From Octopus bimaculoides (Eukaryota): DNA of 51,652 nt. A program made the position numbers and the translations under genes. Under the pieces are notes generated by a model that worked only from the letters and a program-made list of their open reading frames with translations, did no database searches and was not told the origin of the DNA. Shown in pieces: positions 24,196-36,204 of the stretch. The stretch lies in contig NC_068982.1 in the NCBI RefSeq assembly GCF_001194135.2, positions 92,565,086-92,616,737 on the forward strand, in the 5' to 3' direction. How positions within the stretch are numbered: the first letter of the stretch is position 1; each line of letters opens with the position of its first letter.

Positions 24196-24412
24196 TGATG
24201 GGGTGTTGAAAAGTTCCTGGCTTTAAGGGTATCATAAAAGGCCTGGCTGGATACCCGACTTTCCGAGTTCTTTTACAGGTCTTAGAAAAACTGAAGGACT
24301 GCTGCAATAGGTGTGTGAAGTCTGAGAGGGGAATATGTTGAATAAAATCATAATTAACTGATCCTCCTCTATTTTTTTTTACCTAAAGCCAAGAATATTT
24401 AGCACCCAATCA
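24196..24412. mobile_element. Tc1/mariner-type MITE
   Basis: About 30-bp imperfect TIRs TGATGGGGTGTTGAAAAGTTCCTGGCTTTA / TAAAGCCAAGAATATTTAGCACCCAATCA, flanked by TA at 24194-24195 and 24413-24414. Confidence 0.85.
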
Positions 24413-24449
24413 TATAAAACAAAAAAGATAACATTTGAACATAGCCATG

Positions 24450-24457
24450 TATTTAAC

Positions 24458-24503
<46 letters not shown>

Positions 24504-24552
24504 TATACATACATATGTACATTCATACAAATTTATACATACATACATACAT
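24450..24552. repeat. (CA)n and (ACAT)n microsatellite
   Basis: Visible; immediately upstream of an R4/Dong insertion. Confidence 0.9.
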
Positions 24553-24554
24553 GC

Positions 24555-25571
24555 GTTTGCAATCCAAGAACAGGAAATATCAACCAAATACCTGATGCAC
24601 AAATACCTGATGCAGGAAAAGCTGTAAAATGAGACAACCGATGCAGACTTTATAGAGTTCACGCTGAAGATATCATGCACATCATAAGTAGTTGTCCAAA
24701 AATGTCATCACAAATATTATCTACCAATGAGATATGATGTTGTAGTTAGGACACTATAATGAAATCTGTCAGAAGGAAAATCCCGAGGACAAAGAAATAA
24801 GAACCCACAATATGGTAGAAGCCATAGCCACTCATAATAAAAAGGAATACTGGTGGAGTGTACCAGTGAAGACCAAAATAAACTGTAAGTACATATAATG
24901 ATTTGGGATAGAGAAGAGAAACTGTGCACAGTTGTGGAAATTAGCTGCCCAGTAGGTGTTAACATAAAGCTGAAGATCAGTGAAAAAGAGAACACCTNNN
25001 NNNNNNNTGCCCAGTAGGTGTTAACATAAAGCTGAAGATCAGTGAAAAAGAGAACACCTATGCTGAACTATTGAGAAATCTGCAGTTACTCTATCCAGAT
25101 TACAAGTTCAAGTTTTTACTTGTAATTATTTGGGCCCTGGGATATGTAACACACTGCCTAAATTCCAATCTTGAAAAATTAGGCTTCTCAAAACCAGAAA
25201 GGAGAAAGCTAATTTGAAGACTACAGATCTAATCCATCACTGGAACTGTAAAAATTTGTAAAACGTTCCAGAAGTTTATCATTTAAATATATATATGAGC
25301 ATGTCTAGATATGCATCTATATGCATGAGAATATATACATAAAACATACAAATCTGCACATACATACATACAAATCTGCACATACATACATACAAATCTG
25401 CACATACATACATACATACATACATACATACATACATACAAACAAAAATACCTTGTTGTTGATGTTGAAATTCCAATGAAGGGGCATTGGATCTAGGTTA
25501 GAAACCAGTTCTTTCTCTATTGGCAAGAAATCTTGAAATAAACTGAATAATGACATACATACATACATACA
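24555..25571 (+). mobile_element. R4/Dong-clade non-LTR retrotransposon 3' fragment (Zn knuckle, RLE endonuclease, 3'UTR, (ACAT)n tail)
   Basis: QEQEISTKYL..DNRCRL..EDIMHIISSCPKM..PDIMIWDREEKLCTVVEISCP..EKENTYAELL..ALGYV..ICKTFQKF; the 3'UTR ends GAAATAAACTGAATAATG(ACAT)n. Confidence 0.88.
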
Positions 25572-27410
25572 TTGTACAAAGGTTGTTTGAATATGTTTCT
25601 CCAAGACCACTGCCAAACAAATGGTATGATAACTGATGAACTGACAGGAGGAAAAGCAGGAGTCTGGGGCTCTGTTGAACAGCTCCTCCTTGACAAAACT
25701 GTCCTTAAGGAAGCCAAGCAACATTACCATAATCTCTTAATGATTTGGCTAAACTACAAGGTGGTGTTCAATTAATAGATGATAGAATCACTACACCTCA
25801 TCAAAGTATCAGCTGCTATAGGGAATACCATTGAAAGACTGACCACAACATGGTCCACACAGTTATCACTGACAACTACTAAAGCAACACCTATTTTTAC
25901 AAACAGAATTAAGTTATCAACAGGCATATTCCAGGGTGATTGTTTATCTATAATGTTCTTTGTACTAGTAGTGAATTCCTTGTCAGTCCTGTTAACAAAA
26001 TGCCAAGGCTACATGCTGGGATATGCAGAAAAGAATAAAATTAATGTCATCCATACATTTTTTGTTGATGTCCTAAAGTTTTATTATGGTAATATGATCA
26101 ACATCAAGAGACAATTAGAATTAGTCACAACATTCTCACAAGATATAGGAAAGGAGTTTGGGCAAGATAAATGCTCATACGTGATAGTCAACCGGGGGAA
26201 GATTGTTGACCAGGCAACAAACATGTACATCAATGGCTTGTCTATCTCTCCTATCTCTAATGATGAAAGCTACAAGTATCTCAGAATCAATGAGAATGTT
26301 GCATATGTTGGTGCTGTGACTATAGCCAGAATAATAAAAGAGTACTGGAAAATATGGAACTCAGAGCTGTCAGCATTTAACAATACCTTCCATGCTGCAA
26401 TTATATATCACAATGTTTTTGCAGTACCAGCACTAGTACCAACATTTGGGATTTTGGACTGGCACTTGATGCGATATACAGCCTGGACATGAAAACTGGA
26501 AAGATACTGACCACCACTAGCAACTTCCACATTAACAGCAACACTGATAGGATTTATGTGAGACAAAGTAATGGTAGTAGAGGCATAATGTCAGTCCAAG
26601 CAGCCTTTGAATGTAGCATTGTATCAGTCAAACAACACCTGCTGAACAGTAAAGAAAGAAATGAGTACATACTCAAAAGTGAGAGCAATAACATCCTCAG
26701 AGTTGGAAAAGAATCACTGTGCAGGTACTCTGAGAATACAACTAACCCTCATGCAACCCAAAGGAGGCTGGCCTACCTAAACAGAACCTTAGAGGAGAAG
26801 CAGGTATCATACCAACAAAAGGCAATGCATGGGTACATATCCCATAAGATAGAGGGCAACAACAGCATTGACAGGCAGAGTAGCATCTCTTGTCTTTCAA
26901 TAGATATATTACATCCTACCTAGAAGGATATGCCTTCACTATCCAGGAATAAGAGATAACGACTAAATACCTGATAAACAAGAGAGACAAAGATACCACC
27001 AAACTTCCACATTGTGATAAAAAAAAAAGGTCAACTCTGCTAAACCAGTGTGAAAGATATCATCAACAGCTCCTTCAAAATGTCTACAAGATACTACCTG
27101 CCCCTGAGGTATGATGTAGTTGCAAAGATTATTTACAATGCTATCCACAGGAAGGCCTGCCCTGACATATACATCAAAGGATGTCAGAACCAGCAGGTAT
27201 TCACACCTTTGAAAACAAAGAATATTGATGAAACACCCCAATAAATGCATCAATTCAGTGCAAACATAACAGACCTGATATTGTTCTGTGGGACAGGGAA
27301 CTGTTGTAGAGATCAGCTGTCCAGCAGATGTAATGTGAATGGACAATCAAAAGTCCAGGAAAAAGAGAACATTTATGGTGAATTAATGTAGAATCTCCAT
27401 CTGAGATTCT
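25572..27410 (+). mobile_element. R4/Dong-clade non-LTR retrotransposon, second copy (RT to RLE)
   Basis: EQLLLDKTVL, GIFQGDCLS..F, HTFFVDVLKFY, FGQDKC, YKYL, R..GSRGIMSVQ, AMHGY, LRYDVVAK, PDILFCG..EISCPADVM..QEKENIYGEL (ORFs 25572-27244). Confidence 0.92.
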
Positions 27411-27602
27411 TATGGGAATAGATGCACACACTTGAGTGTATGCATCAACTGTTCAATAACCATACCAGCTCAATCACATATTTACAAACATTGGAACTTT
27501 CTTAAGTCAAAAAGTCTTGTTGCTTTGTTAGCAACCGGCTTGAACTCTCTTGAGATCTTAAATAAAACTCAAAGAAAAATCATGAATACATACATATATA
27601 AA

Positions 27603-27604
<2 letters not shown>

Positions 27605-27668
<64 letters not shown>
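27605..27668. repeat. (TG)n microsatellite
   Basis: About 30 perfect TG units. Confidence 0.97.
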
Positions 27669-27669
<1 letters not shown>

Positions 27670-28059
27670 CCTGATATCCAAGTCTATATGAAGAGCTTTG
27701 CAATGGCTGGACGATTCTCTGAATGTGCATCATATGCTACACACACACATACGTATATATGTATGTATATATTTATACATGGATAGTGACTGAGGGCGCT
27801 ATTCAGCACCAGTATTGCTAGAAATAAGAGTCAAAACAATCCATAGCCACAATAACACACTGTCTAATTTACTGACAAGAGAAGCAAGCTCCCTGAGCAC
27901 CGGACATAGCCAGTTTACCAGTGATTTTGCATTTACCTTAGTGTTCATCAGTGGCTCTCACCAGTGCCTTGGGTTAAACGCAACTTGCCTTGCCAGCTTA
28001 TAAGATCACTATAGAAATCATATACTGATTTCATAAATAGTAAATGTGGAAATTATAAA

Positions 28060-28337
28060 TAATAAGGGTCGCTTGTTAGCAATTTTTCAACTGAAAGGCA
28101 AAAATATGTCACTAAAGCATTTGAGGGCATTATTCAGCTCCAGTATTGCCAGGAATAAGAGTCAAAACAACTCATAGCCATCATTGTCAGTAAATAAAAC
28201 AGTACATTATTATGGTTGTGAGTTGTTTTAACTCTTATTTCTAGCAATACTGGTGCTGAATAGCATCCTCAGTTGCTTTAGTGATGTACATACTTTTGCC
28301 TTTCAATTGAAAAATTGCTGACAAGTCACCCTTATTA
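28060..28337. mobile_element. Foldback MITE with about 120-bp inverted arms
   Basis: Left arm 28060-28181 pairs with right arm 28212-28337 (TAATAAGGG..CCCTTATTA ends); a partial third arm lies at about 27790-27850. Confidence 0.85.
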
Positions 28338-28379
28338 TACACACACACAGATATACATACATACATATATACACACACA

Positions 28380-28424
<45 letters not shown>

Positions 28425-28638
28425 GTATATATGTATATGTATATAAATTGAAGTGTACAGTATTATACATCCATTATGGCCAATCTTACTGAACAGTTTC
28501 GCACTAGAACTTCAATGGAGTGTTAGGTAACAATGTGATTATATAACCCTGCGCTCTTCATAAATGGCAGTTACAGAATAAAATATGGTGACTGCTCTGG
28601 TGCGTGTGGTTAATTGGCAAAATATGACCCTCCCCAAG

Positions 28639-28680
<42 letters not shown>

Positions 28681-29008
28681 TTATACTTGGGGATGGTCAT
28701 ATTTTGCCAATTAACCATATGCACAATATGTTTGGTCTTTACATCAGTTTTATCCTGATTATTCATGTTCCTTTGTCATAGCTCTTCCATCACACATCCT
28801 GTGACATATTCAATGACTCTTTAGACCACGTGTCTCCTCTTGATAACAAAAAGAAACACGTGGGTTAAAGAGTCATTGAAGAGATTGTAGGATGTATGAT
28901 GGAAGAAGTTTAGCAAAGACACAAAAATAATAATAATAAAGCTGAACTGAAGACCAAACATATAGTGCATGTGTTTAATTGGCAAAAGATGACGATCCCC
29001 AATTATAA
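28681..29008. mobile_element. Foldback MITE with about 150-bp inverted arms
   Basis: Left arm 28681-28833 pairs with right arm 28856-29008 (TTATACTTGGGGAT..CCACGTGT / ACACGTGG..ATCCCCAATTATAA); a terminal fragment of the same family lies at 28607-28643. Confidence 0.85.
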
Positions 29009-29046
29009 CAATATCTGTTTCAACACATGATTTCACATCAAGAGTC

Positions 29047-29097
<51 letters not shown>

Positions 29098-29803
29098 NNN
29101 NNNNNNNNNNNNNNNNNNNNNNNNNNNNNNNNNNNNNNNNNNNNNNNNNNNNNNNNNNNNNNNNNCTCTAAATGAGGTATTAACAGTAACTGCACGATAA
29201 AGTGAAGTATATTGCCACTTAAATGTGGCTGACCCCTAGGGGTGGATGTTACTGTTGCTTTTAGCCCCAGGAGGACATCTCCTCCAGCTGGCTTATCGAC
29301 ACACTTCTGTGTCCTGTTTGTTTTGCCAAGGGAAGTTATCCCTCTCATCGTGATCTGTAGCACGAACGGACCCGGGTTTCAGGGTTATTTCAATACACAC
29401 ACACATTGTATGTTTTTATGTCAAGTTATAATAAAAACAACTTAACATTAAACTAATGATTTTCTCAGTATATAAATACACACATATGCATGCTCATATT
29501 ATAAATCTGTGTGTGTGTGTGTGTGTGTTTGTGTGTATACCAGAGAGGTCTTAGACCAACAGGTCTAGGGGTCTGATGATACACCATAAAGCTAAACCCT
29601 TTATGGCCAGGAAACCCAGGGTAACCCCATAAACTGGCCTCGGCCTTCCCCAGTAAAAATCATAGACTGCTCTACTTCTTACAGTGTGCTTCTTCTCTGG
29701 ATTTATGTTTTCTAAAAATTTTATATATATTATATAGATAGATATATAATATACACACATATTTATACATGCATAGATACATATATATGTTTGTATAAAA
29801 TGG

Positions 29804-29837
<34 letters not shown>

Positions 29838-30629
29838 AAGAGAGAGAGATCAAGGAGAGAAGATATTGATAAAATAGATATCAAGCAAACTTCATTATTT
29901 TTCAGTTTGAGACCTCTTTTTAGATATCCGAAGCCAAAGCTATTTATAGCCTTAAAGAACATTCCAATTAATTTTAAGTGAACATATTAAATAACAACAA
30001 ATGAATATATATATAACCAACCTAAAGAATCCGTGTGTATAACTGTATAAGGCCAGCTTGGTTCCTGAGTACATCAAAGTTTTTGTTTTAAAAGGTATCC
30101 AGATTCTAAAATAAATGCTCAAAATATATAAATGTAGAAAAAACTTTAAAATGGCAACAGAAACTATGACAGGAAGCCAAAATCCTCAACAACATTGCAT
30201 GTGTTACAGGAAATGTGATAACATGGCCTATATATTTTTAGTAATATATTTATATTATGATTAAGTCTTTTATGAGTGGCTAATATACGGCTCACATAAC
30301 ATATTGATTAGTTTCATGCCAGGTGTTCAGTATTTTTTGTTTGTTTTTGGCAATCAATGTAATGGGCCTTCTGCTTCATGATATATTAATTATAAACAGA
30401 TGGGTGGTGGTATAACACAATTATTAGAGTATTGGATAAAGGCTATGGGTGTCATCTAGTTCCATCCCTTTTGTGCTCTGAGTTCAAATTTTACCAAAAT
30501 CATCTTTGCCTGTATATTTTAACAGGTATATATACACAAACATCATGTAACATAAACTTCCTGACCTTAAAAACTAAATTATACCTCAAAATCAACTCAT
30601 CAAAAGCGACATATCCTCCATCTTCCACT

Positions 30630-30870
30630 AGATTATCCTACCAGGGCTTTACACTCATTCAACGCAGCAGCTGTGGGTTGGAAGAGGTGTCCAGACAGGC
30701 CCTGCGCCAGACGGTTGGATATGACTGAAGAAGATGTCCAGAGGTTTGACATCACTTTGGAGAATGCAGAGGGCTGGCATGGGACCACCAGTGATGGAGA
30801 GCACTGGTAAACCTGGTCAGTTCTACGCATGAGGATACCTCTGGGACCACTAACTTGGAATGATCCCCAG
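30630..30870 (+). mobile_element. RTE-like LINE C-terminal fragment
   Basis: GWKRCPDRPCARRLDMTEEDV resembles the RTE G.R..GRP..RW.D.V..D terminal motif. Confidence 0.5.
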
Positions 30871-31159
30871 CCCCATCAAGCAAGAGCATGAAGCCAAACG
30901 AAGCATGTGCATGTATATGGTTAACTTTGGAGGTTAATAGAACAAGTATTGGGGCAAGGAGTAGTTTATTTGATTATATTCTTTCCCTAAATTTATGATC
31001 AAAGTTAGAAATCCTTATTGATATTTTTTGTTGCTGCGAAAACAAAACAAAATTATTATTTAGATTAAAAACTTTTAATCTCTAATTTAATCTAATTTTG
31101 CTTTTGGTGACATTTTCTGCTTACATTATCACTCTGTGTATCAGTATCAGAGTGTGTAG

Positions 31160-31178
31160 GTGTGTGTGTATGTGTGTG

Positions 31179-31250
<72 letters not shown>
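31160..31250. repeat. (TG)n microsatellite
   Basis: Visible run. Confidence 0.97.
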
Positions 31251-31254
<4 letters not shown>

Positions 31255-31594
31255 TGTGTGGTAGTGTGTTATTATCTTTATCAATATCATTAATTTGAAC
31301 TCTGCTATTTTTGCCTGTTCAGCAAGTAAACACCTTTGTATATTGTCATGGATTTAATAGGCACTTTAGATATTGTGTTCAATTGTATGTTATTCAAAGA
31401 TTTAGGTCATACCAATACGTGACACAGAGCACCTAAATTACCCTATCACCTGAAACTCAGTTACACTCTGTATGTAAAAAGTCATCATCAAGCATATATT
31501 CAATACCAATGCCCTGAGTTCAAACCCTGTTTGGATTGTCTTTATTTGTGATCCTTGAGGGATCAATAAAAGTAAATACAATCTAATAGAGTGC

Positions 31595-31720
31595 AAGGAC
31601 GGCTGTGTGGGTAAGAAGATCACTTTGCAATCATGTGGTTCAGGTTTAATTTCATTGCACAACATCTTGGGAAAGGGTTTTTCCACTATAGTGTTGGGTT
31701 GACTAATTCCTTGACAGTGG
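31595..31720 (+). mobile_element. SINE family B head
   Basis: GGCTGTGTGGGTAAGAAGATCACTTTGCAATCATGTGGTTCAGGTTTAATTTCATTGCACAACATCTTGGGAAAG. Confidence 0.7.
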
Positions 31721-31749
31721 ACCTCATATATCCTTGACATCAGAATACA

Positions 31750-32095
31750 CATCACTTGGACAACTTAACTCAGTTCTCCTCAGTACCTCCCCAGTCTGTA
31801 TGGCCAGCAAAAGTTACCCCCAAAACATACTATCCACTCCAATTATGAAGAAAAGAGAGGATGAAAACAATAAACTGTCCACAGTCTGTCTACCCTACGT
31901 GAAAGGCCTTTCTGAAAAGATACAAAAGATATGTGGGTCATATGACATCAGGACAGTATTCAAGAGTAATACAACACTTCGCAAATATCTCCTTCGAGTA
32001 AAACCACCAATAGAAGAGAATATAACCAAAGACTGATTGTACTCCATCCCATGCAGCTGTGGTAGGTTATACAAAGGTGAAACATGCTATGCTGC
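31750..32095 (+). mobile_element. Penelope/Poseidon-type linker and GIY-YIG start
   Basis: VCLPYVKGLSEKIQKICGSYDIRTVFKSNTTLRKYLLRVKP..LYSIPCSCGRLYKGET. Confidence 0.88.
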
Positions 32096-32554
32096 CCCTT
32101 CATGTCAGTATGACTCAAGAAGGTAACTTTACTTTTACTCAGGCCTGATCTTGGCTAAACAACAATAACAACAAAAATAAGATTAATACTTCCTTGTTAT
32201 AATTTGCAGAACCTAATTAGACATTCATTCATATCAAGTTCTGAATTGTTGAAGTACAGCATAAACTACCCATGTCAGATTTTAGCTTCAGGACACTGAA
32301 TCCTTAAAAGAGTCTATGCTTTCTAAAATTTGCCAATATTACTTTTGACGTGCCTTTGTACCCTTTCCCCGTTATGATTCTTTTATTGTTCATTTTTCTA
32401 TCTTTTTGTGTTTTATTCTGTGTGCAGTGGATTCACTTTGGCTATCATTGCTCTCTTTCTTTACTTAACTTACTACTACTTTCTTGCTTTTAACCTTTTC
32501 TGATGAGTTGTTGTGCACCTGAGCCCTGTATACAGTAAACTCATTATTGACTAG

Positions 32555-32990
32555 CTGGCGGAATTGTTAGCATGTTGGGCAAAATGATTAACTGATTTTC
32601 CCAGCTCATTGAGTTTTAAGTTCAAATCTCGCCGAGGTTAATTATGACATTCATCCTTTCAGGATCCATAAAATAAGTACCTGTCAAGTACTGAAGTTGA
32701 TGTAATCAACTTACTCCTTTCTTTAAAATTACTGGCGTTGTTCCAAAATTTGAAACCATTATTGTAATTATCATCATCGAGCTGGTAGAACTATCTGCTC
32801 TCAGGACAAAATGCTTAGTGACATTTCTTCCAGGTCTTTACATTCTGATTTCAAATTACTCAAGGTCAATTTTGCTTTCCATTCTTTGAAGGTCCATAAA
32901 ATAAGTACCAGCGAAGTACTGGTGTTGATGTAATCGACTTTCCCATCCCTTAAAATTACTGAATTTGTGACAAAATTTAAAACCATTATT
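32555..32990 (+). mobile_element. Two tandem family A SINE copies
   Basis: Heads at about 32555 (AGCTGGCGGAATTGTTAGCA) and 32780 (GAGCTGGTAGAAC), each ending CAAAATTTGAAACCATTATT. Confidence 0.8.
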
Positions 32991-33234
32991 GTTATTATTG
33001 TTGTTCTTGTTATTTTATCGTTTGTCACACACCATCTATTGTTGTTGGTGTAATACTGGTGCCAGCTGTCCAGGAGCAGTGGAGTGAGGTGGCTCCTTTA
33101 GCTGTCAAGTACTTTTCTAAGTATTCTATAATAATAATAATAATGAATTTATTGTATACAGTGCTCAGGTGCACTACAACTCATCAGAAAAAGTAAATCA
33201 AAACTAGCAGTTCCAAGGAGTGTTGTTTTCTGTA

Positions 33235-33560
33235 TTACCATCATCATCGTCATTGTCGTTGTTGTCGTCTTCGTTGTTGTTGTCGTCGTTGTCATCATCA
33301 TTGTCGTCATTGTCATCATTATCGTTGTCATCATCATCATCATCATCAAAATAGCGAGCTGGCAGAATTGTTAGCAGGCCAGGCAAAAATGCTTAGCAGC
33401 ATTTCATCCATCTTTACATTCTGAGTTCAAATTCCGCCAAGGTTGACTTTGCCTTTTCATCTTTACTAGGTCAATAAAATAAGTACCAGTTGATCATCAG
33501 GGCTGATGTAATCACCTTATCCCCTTCCCTGAAAATGCTCAAAATTTGAAACCATTATGA
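33235..33560 (+). mobile_element. (CAT/CGT)n tract followed by a family A SINE
   Basis: Trinucleotide tract at 33235-33347; SINE head GCGAGCTGGCAGAATTGTTAGCAGGCCAGGC at about 33355; GAGTTCAAATTCCGCC B box. Confidence 0.85.
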
Positions 33561-33561
33561 C

Positions 33562-33597
<36 letters not shown>

Positions 33598-33619
33598 CAT
33601 TATTTTTATTATTATTATT

Positions 33620-33851
33620 GATTTGACTCAGGCTTGATCTTATTCTTGGTAGGACTTATGTGGGTAGCAGGTTACTGTCTGTAACCTTAGGTATCCACAA
33701 GCTTTCAATAGTCTTTTGAGTGCTTAAGACTTTCCTGATAATCTTTTCTGCCCCAAAGAAGCAAACTTTCTAAGGAAGCTCTACAGGACACTCTATTCCA
33801 GTCTCCTTCAACCATTTGTCTATATCTTTCCTTACAGTTCCCAAAGCACCA

Positions 33852-33860
<9 letters not shown>
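33620..33860 (-). mobile_element. R4/Dong-clade extreme 3' fragment embedded in (TAA)n
   Basis: IIGALGTVRKDIDKWLKETGIECPVEL..VCFFGAEKIIRKVLS; (TTA)n on both flanks (33560-33620, 33852-33882). Confidence 0.8.
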
Positions 33861-33884
<24 letters not shown>

Positions 33885-34269
33885 TATATCTAAGATAAAA
33901 GAATCTATATGTTACACCTCGAAATTCGACCAGCATGAGCATAAGTCTACTTGATCAGTGTTGTCTAGACAGTAAAAGGACAACAACAAACAACACAACA
34001 ACAATTTCAATGACAATGATAAAGACAACAATAACAACAATAGCAGCAGCAGCAGCAGCTACAATATGGAAAACTAGTTGTTACATAACAGCATGAAATA
34101 AAATACTATAAAATAAAATTGAATATCTTTTAAATAAAACAATGTTTAACATCTTTTTAGCAAATTGTATTTTGATAAGAGTTACTTTAGAGTTGGTAAC
34201 ACTTACAAGGTTAGAAGATAATGAAGATATTTATAGAAACCAGCTGTCATTTCTCACAGATTTTTACCT

Positions 34270-34332
34270 TATAAAATACTTGCCTTTCTGCAAAACCTCA
34301 TCAAAGATTTTCTGAAGAAACTCCAGGTATGT
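34270..34332 (+). promoter_or_regulatory. Candidate TATA box, Inr and short non-coding first exon of the plus-strand secreted-protein gene
   Basis: TATAAAA at 34270-34276, TCA at 34298-34300 (A is 30 nt after the first T), strong donor CCAG|GTATGT at 34326/34327, no ATG in the exon. Alternatively an internal UTR exon opened by tttctcacag| at 34260. The next acceptor is at 37483. Confidence 0.45.
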
Positions 34333-34854
34333 AACAGTTCTGACTTTGGTAACAAGCCTCTTCACAAAATGGAAATATTAGTTTCATTTTTGTTAAATAA
34401 CCACAACGGTTATTGTCATTATTTTCAGAGATATTATCATCTCATTGTCGTTGTCATCGTCATCATCGTAGTCATCATCATCATCATCACTTTAACTTTC
34501 TCCTGTAACATGATGGTATGCTTTTAATGTAACTCTTGAATTATAGCACTTTATATTGATGCATTGTTCGAGGGTAATATATGTGTGGAGCAACATGTAT
34601 ATATGATAACATATCTATGGGAGAGTAGATTAACAGCCTTAAGGACTTGTAGGACAACAAAGTAACAACATAGTATATATAACTGTAGGACAACATATCT
34701 GCAGGACAGCATGTCTATACCAGGTTTGTTATGAGACTAGATCAACATATATGTAGGAGATAACTTGAATGTAAGGGCTAAAGATAGAAATGATTAGCAT
34801 TGGGAATGATTAAAAAAACATGCAAATATATAACCAAAACTACAAGACTTTGAA

Positions 34855-35420
34855 ATATTGATTTCAAATTTTGGCACAAGGCCAGTAATGTTGGAGAAAG
34901 CGATAAGTCAATTATATTGACCCCAGTGGTCAACTGGTACTTATTTTATCAATCTTGAAAGGATGAAAGGCAAAGCTGACCTTGGCAGAATTTGAACTCA
35001 GTACATAAAGATGAACCAAATGCCTCTAAGCAGTTTGTCCAGTGTTCTAACAATTCTGCCAGCTTGTTGCCTTACAAGATTTAGAAATATTCACTACAAG
35101 GCACTGTTCATATATTGTACAGATGACTTTTAATGCAATAAAAAGTACAAATGCAAAACAAAACACTGTACGTACCTATGACTCACAGAGTGAAAATGCA
35201 TAATACAAATAAGACTATTGAATAATTATAACAACATCAACAGTAATGACAATAATCATTCTTTCCAATTCTGGCAGAAGGCCAGCAATTTTGAGTGGAG
35301 TGGGTAGTATAACATGCTGAACCCAGAAAGGATGAGAGGCAAAGTCAAACTCAGAACATAAAGAAGGACAAAATGTCACTTAGCATTTTGCCAGGCATGC
35401 TAAAGATTCTGTCAGAAAGC
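34855..35420 (-). mobile_element. Two family A SINE copies (minus strand)
   Basis: ACTGGTACTTATTTTATC..GGATGAAAGGCAAA..GGCAGAATTTGAACTCAG..AATTCTGCCAGCT (34855-35065) and a partial copy at 35265-35420. Confidence 0.75.
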
Positions 35421-35597
35421 CACCTTAGACACCTTGTATAATAATAACAGTAATAAAAAAATTTTAAATTCACTTCAAAGGCTTAAAAAGAAACAATAAA
35501 GTACAAAGACTGTTTAACAGGGAGCTTACAAAGAGGTATGGGGTGGGAAAGACAGCTTATACAAAGACAAGAGGAGTGAAATTTGTTATATAATATA

Positions 35598-36200
35598 TCA
35601 TTATCATCATCATCCTTATCATCATCATCATCCTTATCATCATCATCATCCTTATCATCATCATCATCATCATTTAACATCTGATTTCCATGCTGGCATG
35701 GGTTGGATGGTTTGACAGGAGCTGGCCAGCCAGGGAGCTGGCCAGACTCCAAATTGTCTGTTTGTGGCATGGTTTCTACAGCAGGATGCCCTTCCTAATG
35801 CCAACTACTTTGCTGAATGCTTTTTATGTGGTACTGGCAAAGGCTACACTTATGTAGCACTGGCACTGGTGCATTTTACATGGCACCAGCACTTGTAAAG
35901 GAAAAGCTTGTATGTAAGGATGACAGCGAATTGTACCTGGCTTGACATGTTTTCTCAAGCACTGTTAATCACCAAAACTCCCAGCCCCTTGTCATTTCCA
36001 CAGTGAGGTCCAGCATCTGAAGATCCTTTCTCACCACTTTGTCCCATGACTTCCTGGGTTGGCTCCTCTACAATTACAGCTCTGCACTTCTTTACACAAC
36101 TGTCCTCATCCATATGCATCATGTGACTACACCAACAGTTTTCTCTCTTGTACACAACATCTGATGTCTCTTATACGCAGTTTTCCTCTTAAATCCTCTT
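35598..36200 (-). mobile_element. RTE LINE 3' fragment with (ATG)n tail
   Basis: (CAT)n at 35598-35672, then TTTAACATCTGATTTCCATGCTGGCATGGGTTGGA; the RT C-terminus reads WCSHMMHMDEDSCVKKCRAVIVE (35955-36155). Confidence 0.85.
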
Positions 36201-36204
36201 TCAG

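Noticed and set aside
32500-32545. CTGATGAG hammerhead-like core downstream of a Poseidon fragment (a weaker case at about 3360-3392)
   Set aside because: The required GAAA partner and stems are not intact (GTAAAC); at best a decayed pseudo-LTR ribozyme. An Infernal search would decide.
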